From the NCBI RefSeq assembly GCF_006345805.1, contig NC_043006.1, positions 56,110,001 to 56,174,000 of the forward strand: a stretch of 64,000 nt of DNA, read 5' to 3'. The translations under genes were made by a program, and so were the position numbers. The stretch comes from Octopus sinensis. Taxonomy: Eukaryota. The first letter of the stretch is position 1; each line of letters begins with the position of its first letter. This document shows positions 26,780-39,812 of the stretch, in pieces. The notes under the pieces were generated by a model that worked only from the letters and a program-made list of their open reading frames with translations, had not been told where the DNA came from and ran no database searches.

Positions 26780-28507
26780 CTGGTCCATCCGCGCCATCTT
26801 TCTATATGTGTCTTCCTAGCCATAGAAGTAATTGTGGGCGGTCTACCTCTTAAACATCTACTGGGGCAGAAACTACTAAGATTATGTTTATCTAAGTATT
26901 CATTATTACATGTCAGCCTAAGTAGGAGGCTCAGTTCTTCTGTGTTGACATTACGGAACTCCACCTGGATCTCATTGATCATCTCCACGTACTTCTCCAC
27001 CGCAAAATCTACGTCGATCGATGGGTATAGGGATACCACATCCATGCTACCCACCATACATCCTGTCAGGTCACAAGTGATGTTACAGTCATCGATCCTG
27101 CTGAGGAGATCTTCTGTGCTGTCACATACATCAGGTGACATCCGGATTATAGGGCGTATGATCATTGAGAGGAAGTAGGAGATTCTGAAATTGCTAGCGA
27201 TATTCGCTCCACAGACTGGTCTTGTTGGTGGTCCTGCTATAGGGTCAGTAATTACTTCATGGTCCTTGCGAAGTCCATACAGTGCCGGGATATCATTGTT
27301 CCAGGCTGGAAAGTATTTGCTGTACGTTTCTGGGGTCCCAGAACAATTGTCCACATCATCATGTGGGCGTTGAGGACCTTTTCTCTCTCCTCATGTGCCT
27401 GTACAGTTGTTATTTTTGTATTGGCTATATGAGGTTGCATTGCCTGGATGTAGTTCGGTAAGCTGCCTATTGACATCCTGCCTGACTTATCTGTGGGAAG
27501 GCATACCACCTCTCCGTTCCTCGTGCGCTGAATGAGCTTATGTAGGCCACATGCAGGCTTAATCCCGAGTTGTTGGGCCTCTGTCTTATTCTGTCTCTGT
27601 CTCTTAGTGTATAATCCTAAAATCTGTCTAAGTTTGGTCCTAGCTATAGTGAACTGTGCTTCCATATGGTGGAGTTCCATAATGTCAACACAGAAGAACT
27701 GAGCCTCTTACTCAGACTGACATGTAATAATGAATACTTAGATAAACATAATCTTAGTAGTTTCTGCCCCAGTAGATGTTTAAGAGGTAGACCGCCCACA
27801 ATTACTTCTATGGCTAGGAAGACACATATAGAAAGATGGCGCGGATGGACCAGAGCCATACGGAACCCCGCAAATGTCCATCAAATAAAGAAAATGATCG
27901 CACATGCACTAGGAGGTAGTATAAGAGTTACCCTAAAAGGCCACACGTTTAAGTTTAATAATAAAATATATGCCCAGGACGAGGGGGCAGCCATCGGCGT
28001 CAGTATCGCTGGTGATGTGGCCAACCTTTTCATGGTATGGTGGGACAGAAGTCTTAAAGAACGCCTAACACAGAACTCCATACTCGTAAACATGGACTCT
28101 CGCTATGTTGATGATATCAACATAGTGGTAAAGGCACCCCCACAAGAGAGTAATGTTGATATAGTAATAGAAACTAATACTATGGAGAGCATCCAGCAAA
28201 TAGCTAACTCCATCCACCAGAGCATTAAGGTCACAATAGACTACCCCACTAAACACCCCAACCATAGACTACAAGTACTAGACACTGAACTCTGGCTAGA
28301 AATTGTGAATAATAAAACCCAAATCCTTCATTCATACTATGCCAAACCTATGACCTCAAAATACTTGATCCACCGGAACTCAGCCATTGCGGACAATGCC
28401 AAATTCAATATTTTGATGGCAGACCTCGTCAGAATAATGAGAAATGTGTCACGCATGTGCGAGCCCACAGAGTTAAAGAGACACATACAATATTTCATTC
28501 ACCGCAT
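26780..28507. mobile_element. Penelope-like element RT with internal inversion (minus 26780-27665, plus 27669-28507)
   Basis: PALYGLRKDH, TRPVCG, GSMDVVSLYPSI on minus; AQDEGAAIG, RYVDDI, VLDTELW, YAKPM on plus; ~190 bp duplicated at the inversion. Confidence 0.9.
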
Positions 28508-28509
28508 TC

Positions 28510-28740
28510 ATCACACACACGTGACAATAACTGTTCGACAAATCTTCGCAAGTCAGCAATGCACAGGCACTGTACGAGAGCATGCGGAACGGTTTCATCG
28601 CTCCGCTTGCATCTCGGACAATCCCGACTGACTGCAGATCCGTGCCTGTAGGTCTTATCTCGAACCGGTAGCGCCCTCCGGTAGCAGTGCCAGGTCTGGG
28701 ATTTCTGGAAGTTATCCATCGTTCCTTGCATCAACTAAAG
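28510..28740 (-). mobile_element. L1/Tx1-like LINE C-terminal zinc-knuckle fragment
   Basis: WHCYRRALPVRDK..DCPRCKRSDETVPHALVQC (zf-RVT-like). Confidence 0.75.
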
Positions 28741-29403
28741 CAACATAAACCCCTCCCCAACCACACTCAGAACAGCAGATTTCTCCACTTCCCCAGCGTC
28801 GATGCGGCCACCCAAGAAAAACATGTAGAAGTGAGATCGAACTATAAAATCCTTCCCTTTAAATGATACTTTATGTTGCCGATAAAGAAAGAAAAACAGG
28901 AACAGTTAACCACGACAATATTTTAAACTCAGAATATAAAAGCCCTTAAACACTTACTGCTCGATAACTTGTCTGACGTTCTATTCTAATAACACATTTC
29001 CATTCATTGCATAAAATAGTACATTTTTTCTTTTCTCTAGTAATCCTAATAATGGAGATTGTTCAGGTTGCTCCAATGAACCATGGTCAAAGTTCACACC
29101 CCAAAACCAGAAATATTTTTTATTTGACAAGAAACTAAAAATGGAGAACAAGGAGACATCTATGTACAATGTATGCGGCTGTTGGAACGTTCTTGTCCAG
29201 GTAACTTTCCTGTTTTTTTTCAATAAGTTTATCTGTTGACCGTTATCATATATCCACGGGTCTATACACATACATGCATCTATCTATAAGTAATATTTGT
29301 AGCCATTTTAAAATGGCTGTCCGTTCGATCGAGTTCTGCTGCGATTTTTTACTCCCAAGAGGACATCTCTTCTAGCTGGTTAACGATGTACAGCTGCATC
29401 CAG

Positions 29404-29461
<58 letters not shown>

Positions 29462-29767
29462 CTGGATGCAGCTGTACATAGAAATATACACAAAGACACA
29501 AATATGTATAAACACACACACACACGTTCATGCATATATATATATATATATATATAATATATATATATATATACATATTTGTGTGTATGTGTGTGTGTGT
29601 GTGTATGTGTAAGTTTTATTTATCTTCATAAAATAGGTTAAACCGGTCGCTCACGGAGCGAAAATATTTCTTGAGTGAAGTAAGCTCGTGGTATTTGTAA
29701 ATATGTTGTTGATTTAGTGTGCTGGCTGTGCGGTGGATACACACCCAGAAATATCAGGTTCTACTTA

Positions 29768-30233
29768 CTCTTAAGCTTTTACTTGTTTCAGTAATTTGAC
29801 TGCGGCCATGCTGGACCACCGCCTTTAGTCGAGCAAATCGACCTCAGGACTTATTCTTCGTAAGTTTAGTACTTATTCTATCGGTCTATTTTGCCGAACC
29901 GCTAGGTTACGGGAACGTAAACACACCACCATCGGTTGTCAAGCGATGTTAGGGGCACAAACACAGACACGCAAGCACACACACGCGCACACACACACAC
30001 ACAAGCACACACATACACACGCACACACACATACACACACATATATATATATATACATACATATATACGACGGGCTTCTCTCAGTTTCCGCCTACCAAAT
30101 CCATTCACAAGGCTTTGGTCGGCCTGAGGCTATAGTAGAAGACACTTACCCAAGGTGCTACGCAGTGGGACGGAATCCGGAACCATGTGGTTGGTAAGCA
30201 AGCTACTTACCACACAGCCACTCCTACGCCTAT
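29768..30233 (-). mobile_element. tRNA-derived SINE, full length
   Basis: Head with A/B-box-like motifs, central microsatellite, LINE-like tail; homologous to 31666-32090. Confidence 0.88.
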
Positions 30234-31665
30234 GTTATCTTTTTCCTAGACTTTTGTGATACATTCTGTTGGACAGCTCGCCTCTACAGCAGGACATGGC
30301 TTTTGTTCCCTGTCGAAACAATGTCAGATCTGTTATGTTTACGCGAATTGCATTTGTTTTATTAGAGCGTTCCACAAGCATTCCTTGGCTTAAAGGTAGC
30401 AATATATGCTGCGGATAGCGTTTTAAATATTCTTTAAATATATGCCTGAGGGGAAGGTAATATCCGTAGACATTTTGGGCTGGTGTTGAGAATGTGGGTG
30501 ATATCCTCCCCGCTGGTATAATAGAGCTGAAATTACTTATCGCAACTAGAGATTTACTGGTATGTTCGTCTCTCTTCTTTATCAAGTGTTTAGTAGCTAC
30601 TACCTGTTCGTTGATAGCAAAGCCATATCCTTCTAGATGTGATATAACGTGTATATGACAGAAAAAGAAAATTGAAGCAGAAAAAGAGGTGGAGAAGGAA
30701 GTCGTAAAGGTGGTTGAAAAGGAAGTTGTAAAGAGAGTTGGAAAGGAGGTTATTGAGGGGAGGAAACTGAAGCAAGCATACTAGAGAGCCTTTTTAGACA
30801 GCAAAGAGAAGAAACTGCGACACTAACCAGAACAGTGGTGGTTGCGCCAAGATTGAAACATGGGAAACAAAGAATAAGACAAAGAAAACATAGCTGGAAT
30901 TTCGTGACATAAACTAAAAGCATACATACCGAAAGAGTGATAACCAAGCCTAAATGCACTATAAGGGTTAAGTTGCCCAAGGAGATATAAGGTGAAAGCG
31001 TAAAAGCTATTCTAATCGTCGAAGGAAAAGTGTCAAATTGAACATCGATGAGTTCGATGGTTTTAAAAACAGAAGAAAAGAAGAGTAAACAAAATGATGC
31101 TAATAGTGAAAAATTAAGGAAAAAAGAAAAGATTACAAACTGAAAGTAAGAACGTTCAAATGGTATTGAATGTGAGTGGGGTGCATCTAACCATTTCGTC
31201 ACCATCGATTTCATTGTACATTTTTCCATTTCTTATTTGTTTTATGTTTTTGGTCCTCACTGTGGTGATCTGTCTGCCTTTGTGCTGTCCCACCTGTGTC
31301 ATGAACTAGATGACAAATAAAAAGAATTACAGTCCCCGACGCATTTTTTGGTCATGGATGTATGATATTTTTGGTTACGTTGAAGTAAGTGGTGATATTG
31401 TTAATTGTTAAAGGTCTCCCTTCGTTTTGTTTCCTGTTGAAATTGCTGTTTCTACTGACGAATTTTTGTTGAACTATGTTTTCTTTTCTTCCCATTTATG
31501 GGAGAGCCGGAGAGAAGAAGTGAAATGGAAACTGGATCAGCAAAGAGCCACAGTTATGCGCTTGCAACTGGCAGAGGAACAGGAAGTTTGTAAAGTTAAA
31601 ATTGAGCCAAGAAAGCTGAAAGAATGCGGTAATACGCGCAGGAGGGGCTGTGTCGTAAGTAGATT

Positions 31666-32090
31666 ATAGGCGCAGGAGTGGCTGTGTGGTAAGTAGCTTC
31701 CTTACCAACCACATAGTTCCGGGTTCAGTCCCACTGCGTGGCACCTTCGGCAAGTGTCTTCTGCTATAGCCTCGGGCCGACCAAAGTCTTGTCAGAGGAC
31801 TTGACAGACGGAAACTGAAAGAAGCCCGCCGTATATATATATATATATGTGTGTGTGTTTGTGTGTCTGTGCTTGTCCCCTCCAACATCGCTTGACAACC
31901 GATGGTGTTGTGTTTACGTCCCCTTAACTTAGCTGTTCGGCAAAAGACACCGATAGAATAAGTGCTAGGCTTATAAAGAATAAGTTCTGGTGTTGATTTG
32001 CTCGACTAAAGGCGGTGGTCCAGCATGGCCGCAGTCAAACGACTGAAATATGTAAAAGTGTAAAGAAGTAAAAGAGTAAACCACTTGAGA
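31666..32090 (+). mobile_element. tRNA-derived SINE, full length
   Basis: ggcgcaggagtggctgtgtggtaag (A-box-like), gggttcagtccc (B-box-like), tail ggcggtggtccagcatggcc..gactgaaa..aaagagt. Confidence 0.88.
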
Positions 32091-32265
32091 AGGAAGGTCA
32101 CAACCTTAAATTGTCCCCACTTGTGCTGTCTTACCTGTCTTTGTTTGTCCCCTCTCTGAATGCCCTAATAAGCAATAAAGAAATACAGTCAGTGAGGTAC
32201 GTTGTTCGGGCCAGTCACTCAGACGACGAAGATACGTTGCCATAATGCGGGACATATCATATATA

Positions 32266-32331
<66 letters not shown>

Positions 32332-32488
32332 TGTGCGTGCATGTATTTATAAGTCAGCTTATTATATATGTAATTATAATATACTAAAATTGCATTAATC
32401 TATGATTTTTATAACAGTTACACCTAAAAGTCTCAAAACTTCTGGAAATCACGTTGTATCTATGTATATGTATGTATATATGTGTATA

Positions 32489-32565
<77 letters not shown>

Positions 32566-33334
32566 CATATATTTGCATTTATTTAAATGTATATATGCAT
32601 CCACGTATTGAAAAGCAATGTAAAAAGAAGTCATCTCAGAAGGGAGAAATTTTGATAAATGCTTAACACTTGGAAAGAAGAGAAAAACTTCGACTTTTGG
32701 AACGCCAGTTCTTCATCCGAAGTAAGATACAAAACAATGAGTGGAAAATGAATAAGAAATGATGGCTGGAGAAAACGATCCTGACAATTTAAACTATTAT
32801 TTAAAGCTGGGAAATTATGAGAGGCTGCTAAATATTTATAAAATTACTTGCGTACCAAAAACAAAAAAGACTATAGAGCTAAAGGGATGATAATGATTGA
32901 TAATAGAAGTAGAGATAATAAAATTAATTATTTGTGTTGTTAAATCACATTGTAGTCTCACCATGAAGTGGAAAATCTTGTTTTCTATTGGTTAACCGTA
33001 GTATTATGTTAAGAATAGGTAAGTAATAATATAACTACTCACTAACACACCTGTATTGTATTATTCAAATATTCTCTTTCTCTTTTACACTGACTTTTAT
33101 GTCTATTTGTCACTCTATATGGCTCTCTCTTTCTCTCTTTAATTACATGCCTCTCTGTCTCTTTCGCCCCTCTCACGTATGCACTCAATTTCTCATACAA
33201 GTTCACATACACGTAAACATACAAATATATTACGAACTAATAAAAGCATACACATATATAGTGTCACCCACAGAAAAACAAAAAAACACATACACATTAA
33301 CGTTGTGTCACGCACACTAGTACTTTATACATAT

Positions 33335-33418
33335 CTAAATATAAACATATATTGGTATTTGTCGTGACAGCTGAAGCAGTTTATACAGCACTGAGAGACG
33401 TGAATGAGGAAAAGCAAG
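33335..33418 (+). promoter_or_regulatory. Putative promoter (TATAAA 33340-33345) and non-coding first exon of esterase copy D
   Basis: Paralogous to 14115-14206; upstream 32690-33330 also aligns with 13200-14110; implies a ~9.8 kb intron to the acceptor at 43241-43248. Confidence 0.45.
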
Positions 33419-34114
33419 GTATTTATATTTCTACATACTAAATTTCTCTAGCTCAATATTCCTCTTTAGGCACACAAATATAGATTATATACATACTTTG
33501 AGTACTGGTCGCTTTGCTATTTCCAAAATATATGAGTATATGTAGGTGCACGCATATATGTGCATTTATAACAAATTATGTATGTACATATTCCTCTCTT
33601 TCTCTCTATTTCCCTATCTCCCTTTGTATATATATATATATCGTGACGTATATTTGCCATTTGAATATGGCTAACCCCTAAGGGTGGATGCCACTGTAGT
33701 TTGTAGCCACAGGAAGACACCTCCTCCAGCTGGCTATAGACACACTTTCTGTGCTCTATCAGTATTTGTGAAGTATTTGTGTGCGTGTGTGTGTGTGTGT
33801 GGTTTGTGTGCGTGCATGTATTTATAAGTCAGCTTATTATATATGTAATTATAATATACTAAAATTGCATTAATCTATGATTTTTATAACTGTTACACCG
33901 TCTTTAACTTATGATACACACGGACTCCACCCTTAGGGGTTAGCCATATTCAAATGGCAAATATACGTCACGATGTGTTGCTGCTACTGTTTATAACTCG
34001 CTCTGAGATTTATCATTGTTTGATTTCACTTTTTCAATATCAGTGTCAATCGATACTGGAAAAAGTATATGTATTTGTGAGGGGAACTGACTTCTCGTCG
34101 TCAACTATGATTGT

Positions 34115-34159
34115 CACACGCCGATGATGGGTCAATACCCTGAAACTCGAGTCCGTGTG
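34115..34159 (+). ncRNA. Hammerhead ribozyme motif with U4C core variant
   Basis: cacacg-CCGATGA-tggg..ccct-GAAAC-tcga-GTC-cgtgtg; stem I 6 bp; stem III ACUCGAGU palindromic. Confidence 0.6.
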
Positions 34160-34434
34160 TATCATAAGTTGAAGACGGGAAAGATGGCTTCCCTTCACAA
34201 ATACTGATAGGGCACAGAAAGTGTGTCTATAGCCAGCTGGAGGAGGTGTCTTCCTGGGGCTACAAACTACAGTAGCATCCACCCTTAGGGGTTAGCCATA
34301 TTCAAATGGCAAATATACGTCACGATGTGTTGCCGCTACTGTTTATAACTCGCTCTGAGATTTATCATTTTATATATATATATAATATATATATATATAT
34401 CGCTCTGAGATTTATCATTATATATATATATATA

Positions 34435-36745
34435 GGCCCTTAAAGATCACGCAGCCACGTCCATCGAGGAGAGATGGCAGCTTATTCGCGACACCACTTG
34501 CAGAATAGCCATGTCATCCCTAGGAAAGAGGGAGCGGAGAAATCAAGACTGGTTTGAAGCTCACCTGCCTGAGATGGAGCCTGTCATTGCTGCCAAGAGG
34601 GAAGCACTGGTCAACTATAAGCGCGACCCATCAGAAAAAAACCTGGCTACTCTGAGAACAGCCAGAAGCGACGCCCAGAGGACGGCCAGACGTTGTGCCA
34701 ACATCTACTGGCAGAACTTATGCCAGAACATCCAGTGCTGTGCCGACAGTGGTAACGTGAAAGGGATGTACGAGGGGATGAAGAAAGCATTCGGGCCCAC
34801 TGTCAGCAAGGTTGCTCCACTGAAGTCCAGGGATGGCGAGGTCATCAAGGACCAAGCGAAGCAGATGGAGAGGTGGTCGAGCATTACCAGAACCTCTACT
34901 CCACTGAGAATGTGGTCAACAGGTCTGCCCTCGCCGGCATTCCTGCTCTGCCTGTCATGGAGGAGCTTGACCTGCCTCCAACAAAGGAAGAACTGAGCAA
35001 AGCAATTGACTCACTCGCTCGGGGCAAGGCAACAGAGCAAGACGTCATCCCCGTAGAAGTCATCCAGTGCGGGAAGCCAGCCCTTCTGGGCCATCTCCAC
35101 GAGCTGCTCTGTCAGTGCTGGGAGGAGGGCTCTGTCCCTAAAGATATGCGTGACGCAAACATCATCACACTGTATAAAAACAAAGGGGACAGAAGCGACT
35201 GTAATAATTACAGGGGCATATCACTGCTCAGCACTGTCGGTAAGGCATTTGCCAGGGTGGTCCTGAAGAGGTTGCAAATGCTTGAAGAGCGTGTGTACCC
35301 CGAGTCTCAGTCTGGCTTTAGGGCAGAGAGGTCTACAATCGACATGATCTTCTCACTCAGGCAGCTTCAAGAAAAGAGTCGAGAACAGAGAGAGCCCCTA
35401 TACGTGGCCTTCATCGACCTGGCTAAGGCGTTCGACGCAGTCAGCAGGGAGGGGCTGTTTGCGCTCCTGGGTAGGATAGGTTGCTCTCCCAGACTGCTGA
35501 AACTCATCACCTCCTTTCACGACGGTATGCAGGGAACAGTGCAGTTTGACGGATCGCCCTCGGAGTCGTTCACCATCCAGAGTGGAGTGAAACAGGGTTG
35601 CGTTCTGGCGCCGACGCTCTTCGGAATTTTCTTCTCCCTTGTCCTGTCCTATGCCTTCAGAACGTCCGACGATGGAGTGTTCCTCCACACCAGGGCTGAT
35701 GGTGGATTGTTCAATCTTGCGCGCTTCAGAGCTAAGACCAAAGTCCGTCAGGTGCTGATCAGAGAGATCCTCTTTGCTGACGATGCCGCCCTAACATCAC
35801 ACAACCAGCCGGGTCTCCAGAGGCTGGTCAGCTCCCTGGCGGATGCCTGCCAAGAGTTCGGCCTTACCATCGGCCTGAAAAAGACAGAGATCATGGGCCA
35901 GGACGTCGGAGGGGTCCCCAGCGTCAGTGTCGGCGACCACAGCTTGCAGGTGGTGAACGAGTTCACTTACCTGGGATCGAAAGTCTCCAGCAGCCTGTCC
36001 CTCGAGCCGGAGCCGAACAGACGGATTGGGAAGGCTGCTGCTGCCATGGCTAAGCTCTCCAGGAGAGTGTGGGAAAACAACATGCTCACAATAACCACCA
36101 AGATCGCAGTGTACCGAGCCTGCGTGCTGAGCACCCTACTCTACGGCAGCGAGAGCTGGACAACATACACCCGGCAAGAATGCCGCCTCAGCGGCTTCCA
36201 CATGCGGTGTCTTCGACGGATCCTTGGCATCTCCTGGAAGGACCGAGTACCAAACGGAGTCATCCTAGAACAGACTAATATGCCAAGCATGCATGCCCTC
36301 CTCGTGCGGAGACGACTGCGCTGACTCGGACACGTCTGCCTAAAGACATCCTGTACAGCGAACTTACCACAGGATCCCGACCCAAGGGACGTCCACAGCT
36401 ACGATACAGGGATGTGTGCAAGCGTGACCTGGGGACTGCCAACATCTGTGTGGACACGTGGGAGGTAACAGCTGCTGACCGCTCTGCCTGGCGTCGGACA
36501 GTGAGGAAAAGCGTTTCCATGGCTGAGGAAAGGAGAGCACAGCTGTGGTCGGACAGGCGGGACAGGAGGAGGACAACTGTAGCAACACCCCACACGTACC
36601 CATCGATGTCTGTGTGCAGCAACTGTACCAGGGACTGCCTCTCTAGAATTGGACTGTTCAGTCACAGCAGACGCTGCTCATCATCAAAATAGGCCCCACC
36701 CTTGGCGCGACCCATTGTCTATCAAGACAGACGGGAGAAGAGAAG
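34435..36745 (+). mobile_element. 5'-truncated RTE-clade LINE with largely intact RT ORF
   Basis: YKNKGDRSDCNNYRGISLL, QSGFRAERSTIDMIF, FIDLAKAFD, GVKQGCVLAPTLF, LFADD, LLYGSESW; one frameshift near 34880; inserted in (TA)n. Confidence 0.95.
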
Positions 36746-36762
36746 ATATATATATAATATAT

Positions 36763-36820
<58 letters not shown>

Positions 36821-37008
36821 ATCTGTAAATGTAATATGTGCCAATTATTCGGTAGCCATGATAAAACTCCGAGTTTCTTCAGTTATCCGGCCATCGGAAA
36901 AAATGCCGAATAATTGTCACATATTACATTTACAGATAAATTCCTCTATTTACATAATATCGAGGTCTCTTTCATTCTTTTGTTGTCTTACAATTTCTAT
37001 CAATATAT

Positions 37009-37060
<52 letters not shown>

Positions 37061-37214
37061 TATATATATATATAAACTTGGAGAAGAGAAATAACGCGTG
37101 CGTTCGGTCATATAGTAATATAATAAATAAATAAAATATATGCATACATACATACATATATGTACATACTTACATCTACATGTATATATACATGCATATA
37201 TATATATACACATA

Positions 37215-37259
<45 letters not shown>

Positions 37260-37663
37260 TACAGGACACCAACAAATAAACGTAGAACACAACGAGAGAC
37301 GGGAACATAAAATCAAACAAGGAGACGGACTTTTTTTAAACAACGAAAAAACAGAGTACAGGACAAACAATACAAGGAAAATTCCCTGTATCACAGACAT
37401 ATATATATATGTCTGTGCACACCTTTCACTTTCAATGCAATGTATGATGCCAGAAGGTCTGCAAATCTAATGGGGGCTTCAAAAGGCATTTTAAGATCCT
37501 CAAAGATCAGAATTTAACTGCAGCTCTTGGTGCAGTTATATATAGTTCATGTGTCTATTTGGCAAGAGAAAATCATGGTCATGATTCTGTTTTGCCAAAT
37601 AGACACATGGACTGTATATTTGTTCTTCACTCGTTTTTTTATTGTGATTCTATCTTATCTTCA

Positions 37664-37709
37664 TTGCCCGGAAATCTTTCATCACACATCTGTGACCTCT
37701 TCAGCAACA
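37664..37709 (-). ncRNA. Hammerhead ribozyme motif in PLE terminal repeat
   Basis: CTGAAGA-ggtcac..gtgat-GAAA-gatt-TC; homologous to 39151-39195 and 56235-56276. Confidence 0.5.
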
Positions 37710-39150
37710 CTTTCCTCCTGCTCCGCTTAGTCCATTCTCTCCTTCTATGATGTGTTTCCTTATTTGCGCATGCGGTTGCATCACTCACTATGTATGTGTG
37801 TGTGTTTCTGTGCATCTGTGTGTGCGTACGTGTGCATGTGTACGTGCGTGTGTGTAGGTGTGTGTGTGTGTGTACGCGTATTCACATGTGTACTTGACCC
37901 TTACTCTCGAGCTTGTTCTTGTATCCCTCTGTAACTGTTTGTTCGTTCACGCCGCTGCCATCGTGGTTTTTGTTGTTGTTGTGGCCGTTAGTGATTTTAC
38001 TGTACGTCTGTTTCTGTGTGTATATGAGCTTGTTTACTCTGTTGTCTGTATCTGTACTCTTTACATAGATTTTTTTGTTTGTTTATCTATGTATCTCTGT
38101 TTCTTATGTTTATCCTAACTATGTGCATGTCTTTTTGTGTGTGTATTATACCGTTTGTATCTGTTTTTACCCCCTTCTGTCGTGAGTTGTCGTGTTGCAG
38201 GTTATGGTGATGGTAGGTATCATTATTCCTTTTGTATTTTCTATTGAAGCTCGGTATGTCTATTACTATGGGTGCAGCCTCTGTAATCTGCCTAAGTGTC
38301 GTGTCAGTTCTATGCGTTGATAACACCGTAACCTCTATATTATTAACCGAGCCTCTATTCTTTACTTGAGCATGTTCGTAGAGCACTAACGAGCTTTTCT
38401 TCTCTTTGAGCTCCCGCCAGTTTATGCCCATTCGCTCCCCTATGCTGCTTGCTGTCTCCCCAATGTAAGTTGTTTTGTTTCTGCACTGTCCTTCAGTACA
38501 TCGTATGCTATAGTCTATTTTCTTGATCTTGCAGTTAACCTGTGGGTTTATCCTGCATACTATACAATTGTTCTCCGTACAAGGGGACCTATCGCAGGAA
38601 TAAGTTTTACAGATCAGTTATTTTATGGGGGATCCAGACCTTTCTACTACTTCAGTCCGTTGATTTACATAATCAAATGCTTTTCTGAAAAGACTGGCTA
38701 GTTCTCCGCCAGAGGTAGCATCAACATGACTCTCTGATATTTTTTGTTGATAGAGATGCGTGGGTAAACAAACAAAAATAATCTATGTAAAGTGCACAGA
38801 TATAAACAGCATAGGAAGCAAACCTATACACACACAGAAACACACATGCATGAACTTTACTCACGGCCGCAATAAAAACACAAACAACAACAACAACAAC
38901 AACAACCACGATGCCAGCGGCGTGATCCAACACACAAACACAGAGGAATATAAGAACAAGAACGAGGGTAAGGTTCAAGCACATATCTGTAACACATAGA
39001 TACGCGTACGTGCGCACACGCACTCACACACGCACACACACACACACACACACACCACACACACACACACACACATAGTTACATACGCAGTCCCAAATAA
39101 GGAAACGCATCATAGAAGGACAAAATGTACAAAACGGTGTTGGTGGAAAG

Positions 39151-39195
39151 TGTCGCTGAAGAGGTCAAAGACGTGCGACGAAAGATTTCCAGACA
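39151..39195 (+). ncRNA. Hammerhead ribozyme motif in inverted PLE terminal repeat
   Basis: tgtcg-CTGAAGA-ggtc..gac-GAAA-gatt-TC-cagaca. Confidence 0.55.
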
Positions 39196-39347
39196 ATGGA
39201 CATAAAATAAGATCAGTAAGAAAAGATTGAAGAACGAACATATACTCCGTGTGTTCAATCGGAAAAAGAAATGTCCAACTCGAAATATAATAGTAGCTGT
39301 TTCAACAAACGGTTTTACATCAGAAATCTTGCAATACAAATTCCTAA

Positions 39348-39389
<42 letters not shown>

Positions 39390-39749
39390 TGGTGAAAGCT
39401 GCTTAATACAGTTTCGCTAACAACAAAACATTATTTAAAATTATTTTCTACAGAAAGTTGTGAATTCTTCATCAGAACGTCACTAACCTTTGTAGAGGCA
39501 GTTTTTTTCGAGCCTGTGTAAGCGCTTTCGATTATCTTTTCAAACACACATCCTTGGGTTATATATGAAAGAAGGGTTTGTTATTTTTGTTGCAGTGGTA
39601 TGATTAACTATTTCCGGTTTATTTTGGGGTTTTCATGAGTATTCTCCTTTTGACTTTCATAGTTAATAATTTTTATCTAAGATATATATATATGTAAATA
39701 ATACACGTAATACATATATATAGAAACACACACACACTCACACGCACGC

Positions 39750-39805
<56 letters not shown>

Positions 39806-39812
39806 TATATAT

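Larger units (their letters stand above)
37600..39260 (-). mobile_element. Penelope-like element fragment: GIY-YIG region (38190-38745, minus) between inverted terminal repeats
   Basis: Minus translation PCTENNCIVC..NCK..DYSIRC..TYIGETASSIGER..; ~37600-38130 and ~38755-39260 are diverged inverted copies. Confidence 0.8.
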
